Assembly: GCA_030390025.1 (NCBI GenBank)
Contig: CM059433.1
Coordinates: 31,560,001 to 31,624,000 of the forward strand
DNA length: 64,000 nt
Origin: Squalus acanthias
Lineage: Eukaryota
Direction of reading: 5' to 3'
The first letter of the stretch is position 1. Every line of letters starts with the position of its first letter. The translations under genes and the position numbers were made by a program. The notes under the pieces are model-generated. The model was not told the origin of the DNA and made no database searches. It worked only from the letters and a program-made list of their open reading frames with translations. Below, one piece after another: positions 12,963 to 24,622 of the stretch.

Positions 12963-13795
12963 CTTTGCTGAGCACCTCCGTTCAGTCCGCAAGTGTGACC
13001 CCGAGCTTCCGATCGCCTGTCATTTTAATTCTCTGCCCCACTCCCACTCTGACCTCTCTGTCCTCAGGCTCCTGTACTATTCCAATGAAGCTCAATGCAA
13101 GCTCGGGGAACAGCACCTCATCTTTCGATTAGGCACTTTACAACCTTCCGGTCGCAACATCGAGTTCAACAATTTCAGATCATAACCACTGCTCCCATTT
13201 GCTCAGACAGCCAGTGCTGGTTACAGAATCATGGAATTATACAGTATAGAAGGAGGCCATTCGGCCCATTGTGCCAGCACCGGCTCTTTGAAAGTGCGAT
13301 CCAATTAGTCCCACTACCCTGCCCTTTCCCCATAGCCCTGCAAATTTTTCCCCTTTAAGTATTTATCCAATTCCCTTTTGAAAGTTATTACTGAAACTGC
13401 TTCCACACATTAGAGATCACAACAGCTCGCTGCGTAAAAAAAATATCTCGCCTCTGGTTCTTTTGCCAGTTACCTTGGTAATAGTTCTGCTGTAACCATT
13501 TATACCTCCTCTAGACCCATCTTTTGTTTCTTTACTTGTCCCATTACTTTTGCCTTGTGCCGTCATCCCTTTTGTCATTTAATCACTCCTGCCCATCCAC
13601 CCTATCACAGACCTTCCCCTTTGTCCTCACCCCCCACTTCTTTTGCTATCGCCGTACTCGTTTAAAAACTATTAAATCTCTAACTTCTTCCAGTTCTGAT
13701 GAAAGGTCATCGACCTGAAACGTTAACTCTGTTTCTCTCTCCACAGATGCTGTCTGACCTGCTGAGTGTTTTCCAGCATTTTCTGTTTTTATTTG
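12963..13795 (+). mobile_element. Penelope-like element 3' end (GIY-YIG C-terminus plus 3' repeat), interrupted by a CR1 tail at ~13225-13470
   Basis: FAEHLRSVRK.DPELPIACHFN..HSHSDLSVL...EQHLIFRLGTLQPSG.NIEFNNFR; homologous to 52050-52610. Confidence 0.85.
13692..13728 (+). ncRNA. Minimal type I hammerhead ribozyme motif (Penelope-associated)
   Basis: AGTT-CTGATGA-A-AGGTC-ATC-GACCT-GAAA-CG-T-T-AACT: CUGANGA and GAAA cores, 5-bp helix II, palindromic ACGU helix III, helix I AGUU/AACU. Confidence 0.7.
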
Positions 13796-14302
13796 TTATG
13801 TGAGATTAGCTGGTTCAGTGGTCAGGGGCAAGTTGAGGGTCAACACTGTAGAACCCAGTGTATTCAATGGGTTACATAACATGACCCTCACAGTGCCGCC
13901 TGCAGGTGCAATACCAATGGAGTGTTGTGACTTCTCGCCATTTCTAATAGGATGTAGTGATGGCGGGGGGCAGTGGGGGGGGGGGGGGGGGGGGGGGGAA
14001 GAACACCAGAAATAGCATCACAATCTTTTTATGTCAACTTCGTCGCACATTGAAACTGTGACCACCCACCTGATTTTAAATGCCAAAGTTTGCATTCACT
14101 AATTGCTATATTTCAAAGTCAGACTGAAGAAGGCCAGTTTTTCAAGAGTGATTTTGTTTTTTTGAAAAGGTTGCTCAATGCGAGGATCCACCATGAAACT
14201 AGTTTGTCCAGTCACACCTGTACAAAATGGAGGGCCAACTGCACATGTGCAAAACAGACTGCTTGCACATATGTGATTTATGAAATGGCCTCTTATCAGG
14301 CT

Positions 14303-16105
14303 GTCTCACCCGTGACTCCGTGGGTAGCACTCTCACATCTGAGTCAGAAAGTTGTGGTTCATGGTCTTGCTCCAGAAACTTCACAAAAAATCTAGGCTGG
14401 CACTCCAGTGCAGTACTGAGGGAGTGCTGCACTCTCAGAGGTGGCTTCTTTTGGATGAGATGTTAAACGAGGCCCCTTTTGCCCTCTCCAACAAAGCAGG
14501 AAGCAAAAGGATACAGGAGTCTAAAAGGAATAGTTAGAGTAGTGAGTCAGTGTAAAGTAGTTTAAAATCAACATGAAAGTGCCTGTCTAAATCCAGAGTC
14601 AGGTCCCAATCTGATTCAGGGATGAGCCAAGCAGTATGACACAGCACCTAAGAGACCTTCCCATACCACTTGGACTCGGCACCAAGAAGTGTATAACTCC
14701 AGTCCAACATTGCGCTGACTGTTGCAAAAGTTCTGTCAATTTGGTTCATTGAACCTCAGTCAAGTTCTCCTTTAATGGTTAGGTTTCTTTTCCTGTTTGG
14801 TTAAGACTCCAGGGCCCCGATATTTACGGGGAAGCGGGGGTGGCGGTAGCGGGGGGAGCTGCTTTGCGTTCGGGAAACACAGAAGATCAAGTTTCCCTCA
14901 GGTCTTGCCGAATTTAATGGCAGGACTTGATTCACATTTTTTCTCCGTTTCCTGCCTGCAGGTTAAGAGGCTGGCTGGCTGTCGGGTGGGTAGGCCTTTG
15001 GCACCAGGCCACAACCGGGGAGCGGAGAGGAGGGAGGGAGGGATCGGAAAGGTGGGGGATGCAGCACAGGGATGGAGATCAGAGGCCGTGGAGGGGGGGT
15101 GAGGGAGATCGGAGGCTGGAGGAAATCAAAAAGGGAGATTGGAAAGGCCAGGGGGAGATTGGAAAGGCCAGGGGAGGTCGAAAAGGCCAGGGGGAGATCG
15201 GAAAGGCCAGGGGGAGATCGGAAAGGCCAGGGGAGGTCGGAAAGGCCAGGGGAGATCGGAAAGGCCAGGGGGAGATCGGAAAGGCCAGGGGGAGATCGGA
15301 AAGGCCAGGGGAGGTCGAAAAGGCCAGGGGGAGATCGGAAAGGCCAGGGGGAGATTGGAAAGGCCAGGGGGAGATCGGAAAGGCCAGGGGGAGATCGGAA
15401 AGGCCAGGGGGAGATTAGAAAGGCCAGGGGAGATTGGAAAGGCCGGGGTGGGGGGTGGTGGGGGGTGAGGGCTAGAGGAGGGGTAGATCAGAAAGATCAG
15501 GGAGAGATCAGAAAGGCCAGGGGGAGATTAGAAAGGCCAGGGGGAGATTGGAAAGGCCAGGGGGAGATCAGAAAGGCGAGAGGGAGATTGGAAAGGCGAG
15601 GGGGAGATCGGAAAGGCGAGGGGGAGATCGGAAAGGCGAGGGGGAGATCGGAAAGGCCAGGGGGAGATCGGAAAGGCGAGGTGCAGATCGGAAAGGCTAG
15701 GGGAGATAAGAAAGTCAGGGGAGATCGGAAAGGTCAGGGGGAGATTGTGGCTGACATCTAGGCTGACACTCCAGTGCAGTACTGAGGAGTTCTGCACTGT
15801 CGGAGGTGCTATCTTTTGGATGCTCTCTCAGGTGGACATAATAGATCCCAAGGCATTACTTTGAAGAAGAGCGGGGATGTCCTGGCCAATATTTATCCCT
15901 CAATCAACATCACTAAAAAACAGATTATCTGGTCATTATCACATTGCTTTTTGTGGGACCTTGCTGTGTGCAAATTGGCTGCTGTGTTTCCTAAATTACA
16001 GCAGTGACTACACTTCAAAAGTACTTCATTGACTGTAAAAGTGCTTGGGATGTCCAGAGGTTGTGAAAGGCGCTATATAAATGCAAGTCTTTTTTTCTTT
16101 CTTTC
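14303..16105 (+). mobile_element. SacSINE1-like SINE split by an inverted duplicated segment
   Basis: Head and Deu start at 14303-14485; body and tail resume at 15757-16105. Confidence 0.75.
14405..15746 (-). repeat. Inverted duplicate of ~9700-11297 (SINE piece, unique DNA, MITE end, 20-bp minisatellite)
   Basis: E.g. 11161 actactctaactattccttttagactcctgtatcc is the reverse complement of 14508-14542; ORF-track peptides 10600..10908(-) and 14797..15102(+) are near-identical. Confidence 0.95.
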
Positions 16106-16467
16106 AGTGTAGAGGCCAATAGCCAGGTGTGGTCGGATGGTTTCACATCCTTATTTAAATGCCCAGTCTGGTTTTGGAATGATCAAAAGCTGGTCATCCT
16201 ATAAACCCGATGGCCAATACCAGGATAAAAACTAGCCCAACAGAGCTTTAACAAGCCTCATAAAAAGGAAAGAGTACACACAATAAATCTAACAGGGAGT
16301 TGAAGGCTGTAATCTCATGGTTCAGATGATGTCTATAAACAGTTCAGGCACTACTCTTGTGATTAAACATGCCGTCTGAACACTTCAATTAGATTCGTTT
16401 CTTGTATCCATTGTTCTCTATTTAAATTGGGATATTATCTTTCAGGTTAGGCTGCATTTACTGCTTT

Positions 16468-17471
16468 ACATAGAAACATAGAAACATAGAAGATAGGAGC
16501 AGGAGTAGGCCATTTGGCCCCTCGAGCCTGCTCCGCCATTCGATGAGATCATGACTGATCTTCCAAACTCAGTACCCTGTACCTGCCTTCTCCCCATATC
16601 CCTTGATACCTTTATCTTTAAGAAATATATCTAACTCATTCTTCAATATATTTAATGACTTGGCCTCAACTACCTTCTGTGGTAGAGAATTCCACAGGTT
16701 CACCACTCTCTGGGTGAAGAAATTCTTCCTCATTTCTGTCCTAAATGGCTTACACCTTATCCTTAGATTATGACCCCTGGTTCTGGACTCTCCAACCATC
16801 GGGAACATTCTTCCTGCATCTAGTTTGTCCAGACCTGTCAGAATTTTATATGTTTCGATGAGATCCCCTCTCATTCTTCTTTACTCCAGTGAGTATAAGC
16901 CCAATCGACCCAATATCTCCTCATATGTCATTCCTGCCATCCCAGGAATCAGCCTTGTGAATCTTCGCTGAAATCCTTCCATGGCAAGAACATCCTTCCT
17001 CAAATAAGGCGAACAAAACTGCACACAGTACTCAAGGTGTGGTCTCACCAAGGCCCTGTACAACTGCAGCAGGACATCCCTGTTCCTATACTCAAACCCT
17101 TTCGCTATGAAGGCCAACATACCATTTGCCTTCTTCACCGCCTGCTGCACCTGCATGCTTACCTTCAGCGACTGGTGCACAAGGACACCCAGGTCTCGTT
17201 GCACTTCCCCTTCTCCCAATCTATTGGCATTCAGATAATAGTCTGCCTTTCTGTTTTTGACACCAAAGTGGATAACCTCGCATTTATCCACGTTGTATTG
17301 CATCTGCCACGCTTCTGCCCACTCACCCAACCTGTCCAAATCATCCTGGAGTTTCTCGGTATCCTCCTCGCAGCACACACGCCCACCCAGCTTTGTGTCA
17401 TCTGCAAACTTGGAGATATTACATTTAGTTCCCTTATCTAGATCATTAATGTATATTGTGAATAGCTGGGG
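16468..17471 (-). mobile_element. 5'-truncated CR1 (HER1-like) LINE
   Basis: PQLFTIYINDLD..ISKFADDTKLGG..LYRALVRPHLEYCVQF; (TTTCTATG)n tail at ~16468-16490. Confidence 0.93.
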
Positions 17472-18221
17472 TAAGCAAAGTGTGTTTTCTTCAGCAACAT
17501 TTGGCACCGATTGAACTGCAGGGTGGGATCGATCTGTGCGAGGGGCCTGGGTGAGCAACAAGCTCGCATGTCGAGGCCCGGAGATATTTTGGGCTGAAGT
17601 TTACTGCTCAAAAACAGATGCAGGAATTTGAGACTGCTGCCAGAACGGTCCCCGGAAGTCACATAAGTATGGTTGGGTATGGGGCGGGGGGGCAGGCGAG
17701 CGGAATCCGGATGTGTTCGGTATCGGGGGGGGGGGGGGGGGGGGTGGTGGGGGAAGGAGGGAAGAAGAGTGTTTTCGGGGAAGGAAGGCCCGCATAATGA
17801 CAACCTGGAGACAGTTTTAAATGGTCTCAAACTGCCATAACATTGCCACAAAGTGCATCAATAGTAGGCTTATTCCAACATTCACTTGTTTAACAGGAGA
17901 AAAATAATAATGTCATTGTTCTTCAGAGATCTCCGGCTTGCTGTGCTAGAGAACGTTAAGTGGATGTGGTGTTTATAACCATGATTCCCAGCTCATACTG
18001 GATGGAAAAATGACCACAGCACCACATCTGCTAGCGCTGCCTGTTTTCCCAGGGATATCCCATTATGTGCTGTTTGTATCGGCTTCCATCTGTACCACCA
18101 GGTTTTGGAGGAAGAGGAGGAGTATCAAAGAAGACACACCAGACAGGCACACTTCCAAGGCTCGCTTCGGACCAACCCTTTTTACCCTGTGTGTAAAAGG
18201 TCAGGCAACTGTACCTGGACA

Positions 18222-18393
18222 CAATGTTCCTGTTAAGCTGTGCGGCCGTGCAGTCATCTGCAAGGTCCCGCGCAGGTCGCTCACTGGCTTTCACGTTGTA
18301 GATACCGCGCATGCGCAAAAATTTGAATGGGCCAGCGCAGTGGGGGAGGCAGGCATGCCGCACAGGAGGCAACGCAGATTACGGGAAACATTG
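18222..18393. mobile_element. hAT-superfamily MITE
   Basis: TIRs CAATGTTCCTGTTAAGCTG / revcomp CAATGTTTCCCGTAATCTG; perfect 8-bp TSD CCTGGACA at 18214-18221 and 18394-18401. Confidence 0.85.
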
Positions 18394-18455
18394 CCTGGAC
18401 ATGTCGAAAGACGCCTGAACAGGGAAACTATAATTCCCAAAGAAAGAAAGACTTA

Positions 18456-19186
18456 GGGAGCAAAATTCCCCTCGTTTGTGCCTCCGTTGGGAGGCGCTAA
18501 CGGGGCGCAAATGTTTTTTCGCCCCTCCCCCGAGGCGATAACCGCGTCTCCCGCAAAATCCGCGGGAGGTTAGCGGCGGCGCTACCGAGTTGCGCACCCA
18601 ATCTTCTGCGCCCGGAGATCATGACATCATCTCCGGGCGCATCGCCCCGGCAGAAAAATTCCCCTTCGCCCCCGCAGCAGCGCCGGGCGATGGCAGCGAC
18701 TGCTGCAGGGGACGCGAGCAGGGCGCAAGTTAAAGGTGAGGTGGCCGGCCACCCTGAAAAAAATGTCGGCTTTTTTGAAAAATGTTTTTTTTGCTCCGGA
18801 TGCGGGGTTCATGCCGTGATCGGTCAGCCCAACACTCTGCTTGAGTGCCGGGCTGCTCCCGGTGCTGCAGGTAGGTTAAAAAAAAACTGCAGAGTTCGCA
18901 GCGTGGGGCTTTTCCCTTTAATTCAGGGAAGAGCCCCTGCAGCACGTCAGCGCCACGCGGTCCAGTGCGTGGCGCTGCTGAGCCGTGTGTCCCAGTTCGT
19001 GAACTCCCCCCCCCCCGCCCTTGCGCTCTAAGAAGGAAGTGGAGCGCTTGATTTAGTGCTCCACTTCCCTCTTGGAGCAAAAAGTGGGAATGTTAGAAAT
19101 GCCGGAAGAGGTTAGTGCCTGGCGCTAACTTTTCCAGCTTTTCTGATTTAGCGCCCCAAACGGGGCTCGAGGGGAATTTCTAGCCC
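18456..19186. mobile_element. PIF/Harbinger MITE inserted in the tail of a minus-strand SINE (~18440-19470)
   Basis: TIRs GGGAGCAAAATTCCCCTCG / revcomp GGGCTAGAAATTCCCCTCG; flanks TTA/TTC; shares GGCGCTAACGGGGC with the 46.7 kb Harbinger. Confidence 0.85.
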
Positions 19187-19659
19187 TTCAATTTATACAG
19201 CGCCTTTCACAATCACAGGACATCCCAAAGCGCTTCACAGCCAATAAAGTACTTTTGAAGTGTAGTCACTATTATAATGTAAGAAATACAGCGGCCAATT
19301 TCAGCACAGCAAGCTCCCACAAACAGCAATGTGATAATGACCAGATAATCTGTTTTAGTGATGTTGGTTGCGGGAAAAATATTGACCAGGACACTGGGGA
19401 GAACTCCCCTGCTCTTCTTTGAAATAATGCCATGGGATCATTTACATCCTCCTGAGAGGGAAGACGGAAGATCATCACTGAAGTGTGCGCATCCTGACTG
19501 CCAGAGACCCGAAACCACTTCCACGATAGTGATGGCTTAGTCGGTGCTTGTGATTGTAATAGCTGCATCGAAAACTTACCTCTCCAGGTCCTTCCAAGCA
19601 ACTGCAGGTGATATCTGCCAAATGCCTGTCTACAATAGTCAGTTACATTATGCAGATCA

Positions 19660-21017
19660 TCCATACCCCAAAAACATAACGTTAGGTTTCACATGTACGT
19701 TGATGACACACAGCTCTACCTCACCAACAGCTCTCTTGACCCCTCCACTGCCTTTTATTTGTCACACTGCTTATCTGACATCCAGTACTGGATGTGTAGA
19801 AATTTTCTCCAACTATATATTGGGAAGACCGAAGCCATTGTCTTCGGTTCCTGCCACAAACTCCATTCCCTAGCCACCGACTCCACCGCTCTCCCTGGCA
19901 ACTGTCTGAGGCCGAACCAGACTATTCGCAACCTTAGTGTCATATTTGACTCTGAGATGAGGTTCCAACCACTTATCCGCTTCATCACCAAGACTTTCTA
20001 TTTCCACCTTCCTAACATTGTCTGACTCCATCCCGCCTCAGCTTATCTGCTGCTGAAACCCTCATCCATGCCTTTGTTACCTCTAGACTTGACTATTCCA
20101 ATGCTCTCCCGGCAGGCCTCCCATCTTCCACCCTACATAAACTGGAGCTCATCCAAAATTCTGCTGCCCGCATCCTAACTCAGACCAAGTCCCGTTTCAC
20201 CCCTCACCCCTGGGCTCGCTGATCTACATTGGCATCGGTCCGGCAACGCCTCAATTTTTAAATTCTCATCTTTGTTTTCAAATCTCTCCATAGTCTTGCC
20301 ACTCCCTATCTCTGTAACCTCCTACAGCAATACAAGCCTTTGAGATCTCTGCACTCCAATTCTGGCCTCTTGAGCATCCCCGAATTTAATTGCTCTATCA
20401 TTGGTGGCTGTGCCTGCAGCTGCGTAGGCCCAAAGCTGTGTACCATCTACAAGATGCACTGCAGCAACTCGCCAAGGCTTCTTCAGCAGCACCTCCCAAA
20501 CCCGCGACCTCTTCCACCTAGAAAGACAAGGGCAGCAGGCGCATGGAACACCACCACCTCCAAGTTCCCCTCCAAGTCACACACCATCCTGACTTAGAAG
20601 TATATCGCCGATTCTTTATCGTCGCTGGGTCAAAATCCTGGAACTCCCTCCCTAACAGCACTGTGGGAGTACCTTCACCACACAGACTGCAGCGGTTCAA
20701 GAAGGCGGCTCACCACCACCTTCTCAAGGGCAATTAGGGATGGGCAATAAATGCTGGCCTTGCCAGCGACGCCCACATCCCACAAACGAATAAAAACAAA
20801 GCTCTAGAATTCCCCCCTAAATCTTTCCGCCTCTCTACCTCTCTTTCCTCCTTAAAGATGCTGCTTAAAACCTATCTCTTTGACCAAGCTTTGGTCATCT
20901 GTCCTGACATCTGATTATGTGGCTTGGTATCAAATATTGTTCAATGATGCTCTTGTGAAGTGCCTTGGGACGTTTTACTACGTTAAAGGCAGTATATAAA
21001 TGTATGTTGTTGTTGTA
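19660..21017 (+). mobile_element. L2 LINE 3' part with a nested different LINE 3' fragment (~20435-20797)
   Basis: MYVDDTQLYL..SDIQYWMCRNFLQL..KTEAIVFG (RT YADD region); insert ends ggcaataaatgctggccttgccagcgacgcccacatcc; L2 resumes at ~20800. Confidence 0.85.
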
Positions 21018-21090
21018 GTTGTCCAGCCAGTTAATTCATCTATTTCTCCATAGAAAACACACAGCAACATGAGCGAGCAATTCAACAGGT

Positions 21091-21513
21091 GTCAGCTGTG
21101 GCTCAGTTGGTAGCACTCTTGCCTCTGAGTCAGAAGTTTGTAGGTTCAAGTCCCACTCCAGGGACTTGAGCGCATAAAACTAGGTTGACACTCCAGTGCA
21201 GTACTGAGGGAGCGCTGCACTGTCGGAGATGCCGTCTTTCGGATGAGACGTTAAACCAAGGCCCTGTCTGCTCTCTCAGGTGGATGTAAAAGATCCCATG
21301 GCACTATTTCAAAGAAGAGCAGGGGAGTTATCCCTGGTGTCCTGGCTAATATTTATCCCTCAGATTATCTGGTCATTATCACATTGCTGTGTGCAAATTG
21401 GCTGCTACATTTCTTACATTACAACAGTGACTACACTTCAAAAGTATTTAATTGGCTGTAAAGTGCTTTGTGACATTCTTAGGTTGTGAAAGGTGCTATA
21501 TAAATGCAAGTTT
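21091..21513 (+). mobile_element. SacSINE1-like SINE
   Basis: A box TGGCTCAGTTGG 21099-21110, B box GGTTCAAGTCC 21143-21153, Deu core, tail tataaatgcaagttt. Confidence 0.9.
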
Positions 21514-21939
21514 CTGCACTATCTGTCTAGATTCCTGAAAGTACAGGACATTAGCAATGGTCTGGATGTGACTGTATTGGCCTATTGCCTTCATAAATGA
21601 ATGTGGAGATGGTCTCTGACAATAGTTACGGAATCAGGCATCTGCCATGATTCATCCATCATTTCAAAGGTAAAGAAGACTACTTTGTGCAACCTTGGCT
21701 GAGCACCCAAGGACAGGACCTAAACAGAGATATAATACAGTGCTACTTGGGTCTTGGTGAAGCAGATTATTTGCATGCTTAAGCAAAGGTTCAGACGCCT
21801 TGACTGATTGGGGGCTTATCACCAGCCAAAGTGTCCAAGACTATTTTCGCTGCTGTGTCTTTTGCAATTTTGCATTGCAAAGGGGCTTTACAATAGAGCA
21901 GGCCACAGCAAACAAAGGCAGACCATGTCCTCAGCCAGG

Positions 21940-22092
21940 CATGTCTGCACAAGAAACATGAGCTGGAAGGCTTGTCTGCACAAGGAACAGGAGACAGAAG
22001 GCGTGTCTGCACAAGGAACAGGAGGCAGAAGGCGTGTCTGCACAAGGAACAGGAGGCAGAAGGCGTGTCTGCACAAGGAACAGGAGGCAGAA
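21940..22092 (+). repeat. ~31-bp tandem repeat (AAGGCGTGTCTGCACAAGGAACAGGAGGCAG)n, ~4-5 copies
   Basis: Directly visible; the first copies are degenerate. Confidence 0.9.
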
Positions 22093-22214
22093 TATTTGTT
22101 TGCACTAAGCAAGATTCATACAGAAGACTCTAGAAGAGGATACATTTAGTTAATCATCAGAAATATCTAATGTACAACATTCATCGTGCGGGTGCCGAAC
22201 ATTCTGGCCACATG

Positions 22215-24622
22215 CGAAATGGTTTCCTGGATCAGTATGTGGAGGAACCAACCAGGGAACAGGCTATTTTGGATCTGGTACTGTGTAATGAAAAAGGGCT
22301 AATCAATAATCTTGTGGTAAAGGGGCCTTTAGGGACAAGTGACCATAATATGATTGAATTTTACAGTAAGTTTGAGAGTGATGTAGTCCAATCTGAAACT
22401 AAGGTCTTCAATCTAAACAAAGGAAACTACAAGGGTATGAGGGACAAGTTGGCCACGGTAGATTGGGAGACTACACTAAAAGGTATGAAGGTGGACATAC
22501 AATGGCTTACATTCAAGCAAATAATGCATAATTTGCAACAAACATATATTCCTCGAGGGCATAAAAACCCAAAAGGAAAAGTGATCCAACCATGGCTAAC
22601 AAAAGAAATTAAAGCTAGTATTAAGTCAAAGGAGGAAGCTTATAAAGTTGCCAGAAAAAGTGGTCAGCCTGAGGATTGGGATCTTTTTAGAAAGCAGCAA
22701 AGGGGGACCAAGAAATTGATAAAGAAAGGGAAAATGGAATATGAGCACAAACTAGCGAAAAATATAAAAACGGATTGTAAAAATTTCTATAGGTATGTGA
22801 AAAGGAAAAGACTGGCGAAGGTAAATGTAGGTCCTTTACAGTCAGAGACGGGAGAATTTATAATGGGGAATGAGGAAATGGTTGAGAAATTAAATAAATA
22901 CTTTGTTTCTGTCTTCACGGAGGAAGACACAAAAACCTTCCAGAAATACGAGGAAACCAAGGGTGTGACGAGAATGAGGAACTTAAAGAAATTATTATTA
23001 GTAAAAAAACAGTACTAGCAAAATTAATGGGACTAAAAGTCGAAAAATCCCGAGGACCGGATGACCTACATCCTAGGGATTGAAAGAGGTGGCCATTGGA
23101 ATAGTGGACGCATTGGTTGTCATCTTCCAAAATTCTATAGATTCTGGAACGGTTCCTGCAGATTGGAGGATAGCAAATGTAACCCGGCTATTTAAGAAAG
23201 GAGGGAGAGAGAAAACGGGGAACTATAGACCTGTTAGCCTCACATCAGTAGTTGGGAAAATGCTGGAATCTATTATAAAGGATGCAATAACTGGGCACTT
23301 AGAAACTAATAGTAAGATTAGGCAGAGTCAACATGGATTTATGAAAGGGAAATCCTGTTTGACAAACCTATTGGAGTTCTTTGAGGATGTAACTAGTGGA
23401 GTAGACAGAGGGGAACCGGTAGATGTGGTGTATCTGGATTTTCAGAAGGCCTTCAATAAGGTCCCACACAAGAGGTTGGTGAACAAAATTAGGGCACATG
23501 GAATTGGGGGTAATATACTAGCATGGATTGAGAATTGGTTAACAGACAGAAAACAAAGAGTAGGGATAAACAGGTCTTTTTCAGGATGGCAGGCTGTGAC
23601 TAGTGGGGTACCGCAAGGATCGGTGCATGAGCCCCAGCTATTCAAATCTATATCAATGATTTGGATGAGAGGACTAAATGTAACATTTCCAAATTTGCTG
23701 ATGATACAAAGCTAGGTGGCAGTGTCAGTTGCGAAGAGGATGTGAAGAGGCTTCAAGGGGATCTCGACAGGCTCAGTGAGTGGGCGAGAACATGGCAGAT
23801 GGAATATAATGTGGATAAATGTGAAGTTATCCACTTTGGTAGAAAAAACAGAAAGGCAGAGTATTTCTTAAATGGTGAAAGAGTGGGGAATGCAGATGCT
23901 CAAAGGGTCCTGGGTGTCCTTGTACATGAGTCACTGAAAGTGGATGTGCAAGTGCAGCAAGCCATTAGGAAGGCAAATGGTATGCTGGCCTTCATTACAA
24001 GAGGATTTGAGTACAGGAGTAAAGAAGTCTTACTCCAATTATATAGGGCCTTGGTGAGACCACACCTGGAGTACTGTGTACAATTTTGGTCTCCTTACCT
24101 AAGGAAGGATATACTTGCCATAGAGGGAGTGCAACGAAGGTTCATGAGATTGATTCCTGGGATGGCGGGACTGTCGTATGAGAAGAGATTGAGTAAACTA
24201 GGCCTGTATTCTCTTGAATTCAGAAGAATGAGAGGGGATCTCATTGAAGCATACACAATTATTACAGGGCTTGATAGGATGGATGCTGGGAGAATGTTTC
24301 CCTTAGCTGGGGAATCTAGAACCAGGGGCCACAGCCTCAAGATAAAGGGTAGGCCATTCAGGACTGAGATGAGAAGAAATTTCTTCACACAGAGGGTGGT
24401 GAAGCTTTAGAATTCTCTACCCCAGAGGGCTGTGGAGGCTCAGTCATTGGGTATATTCAAAACAGAAGTCGATAGATTTCTGAGTAGTAAGGGCATCAAG
24501 GGATATGGCGATAGGGCCGGTGAATGGAGTTGAGGCAGAAGATCAGCCATGATTTCATTGAATGGCAGAGCAGGCTCGAAGGGCCCAATGGCCTACTCCT
24601 GCTCCTATTTCTTATGTTCTTA
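22215..24622 (+). mobile_element. 5'-truncated CR1 LINE, ORF2 (end of endonuclease, RT) with frameshifts
   Basis: LDQYVEEPTREQAILDLVL..SDHN; NYRPVSLTSVVGK; YLDFQKAF; GVPQGSV; FADDTKL in three broken frames; 3' UTR ending tttcttatgttcttat. Confidence 0.95.

Noticed and set aside
13964..13998. Poly-G tracts (also ~17724-17753)
   Set aside because: Simple homopolymers with possibly unreliable length; no supporting context.
21091..21160. tRNA gene candidates with A and B boxes (also ~44095-44165)
   Set aside because: They are SINE heads continuing into Deu or V domains, in many diverged copies.
22170..24410. Active reverse transcriptase gene
   Set aside because: 5'-truncated CR1 with frameshifts and a premature stop.
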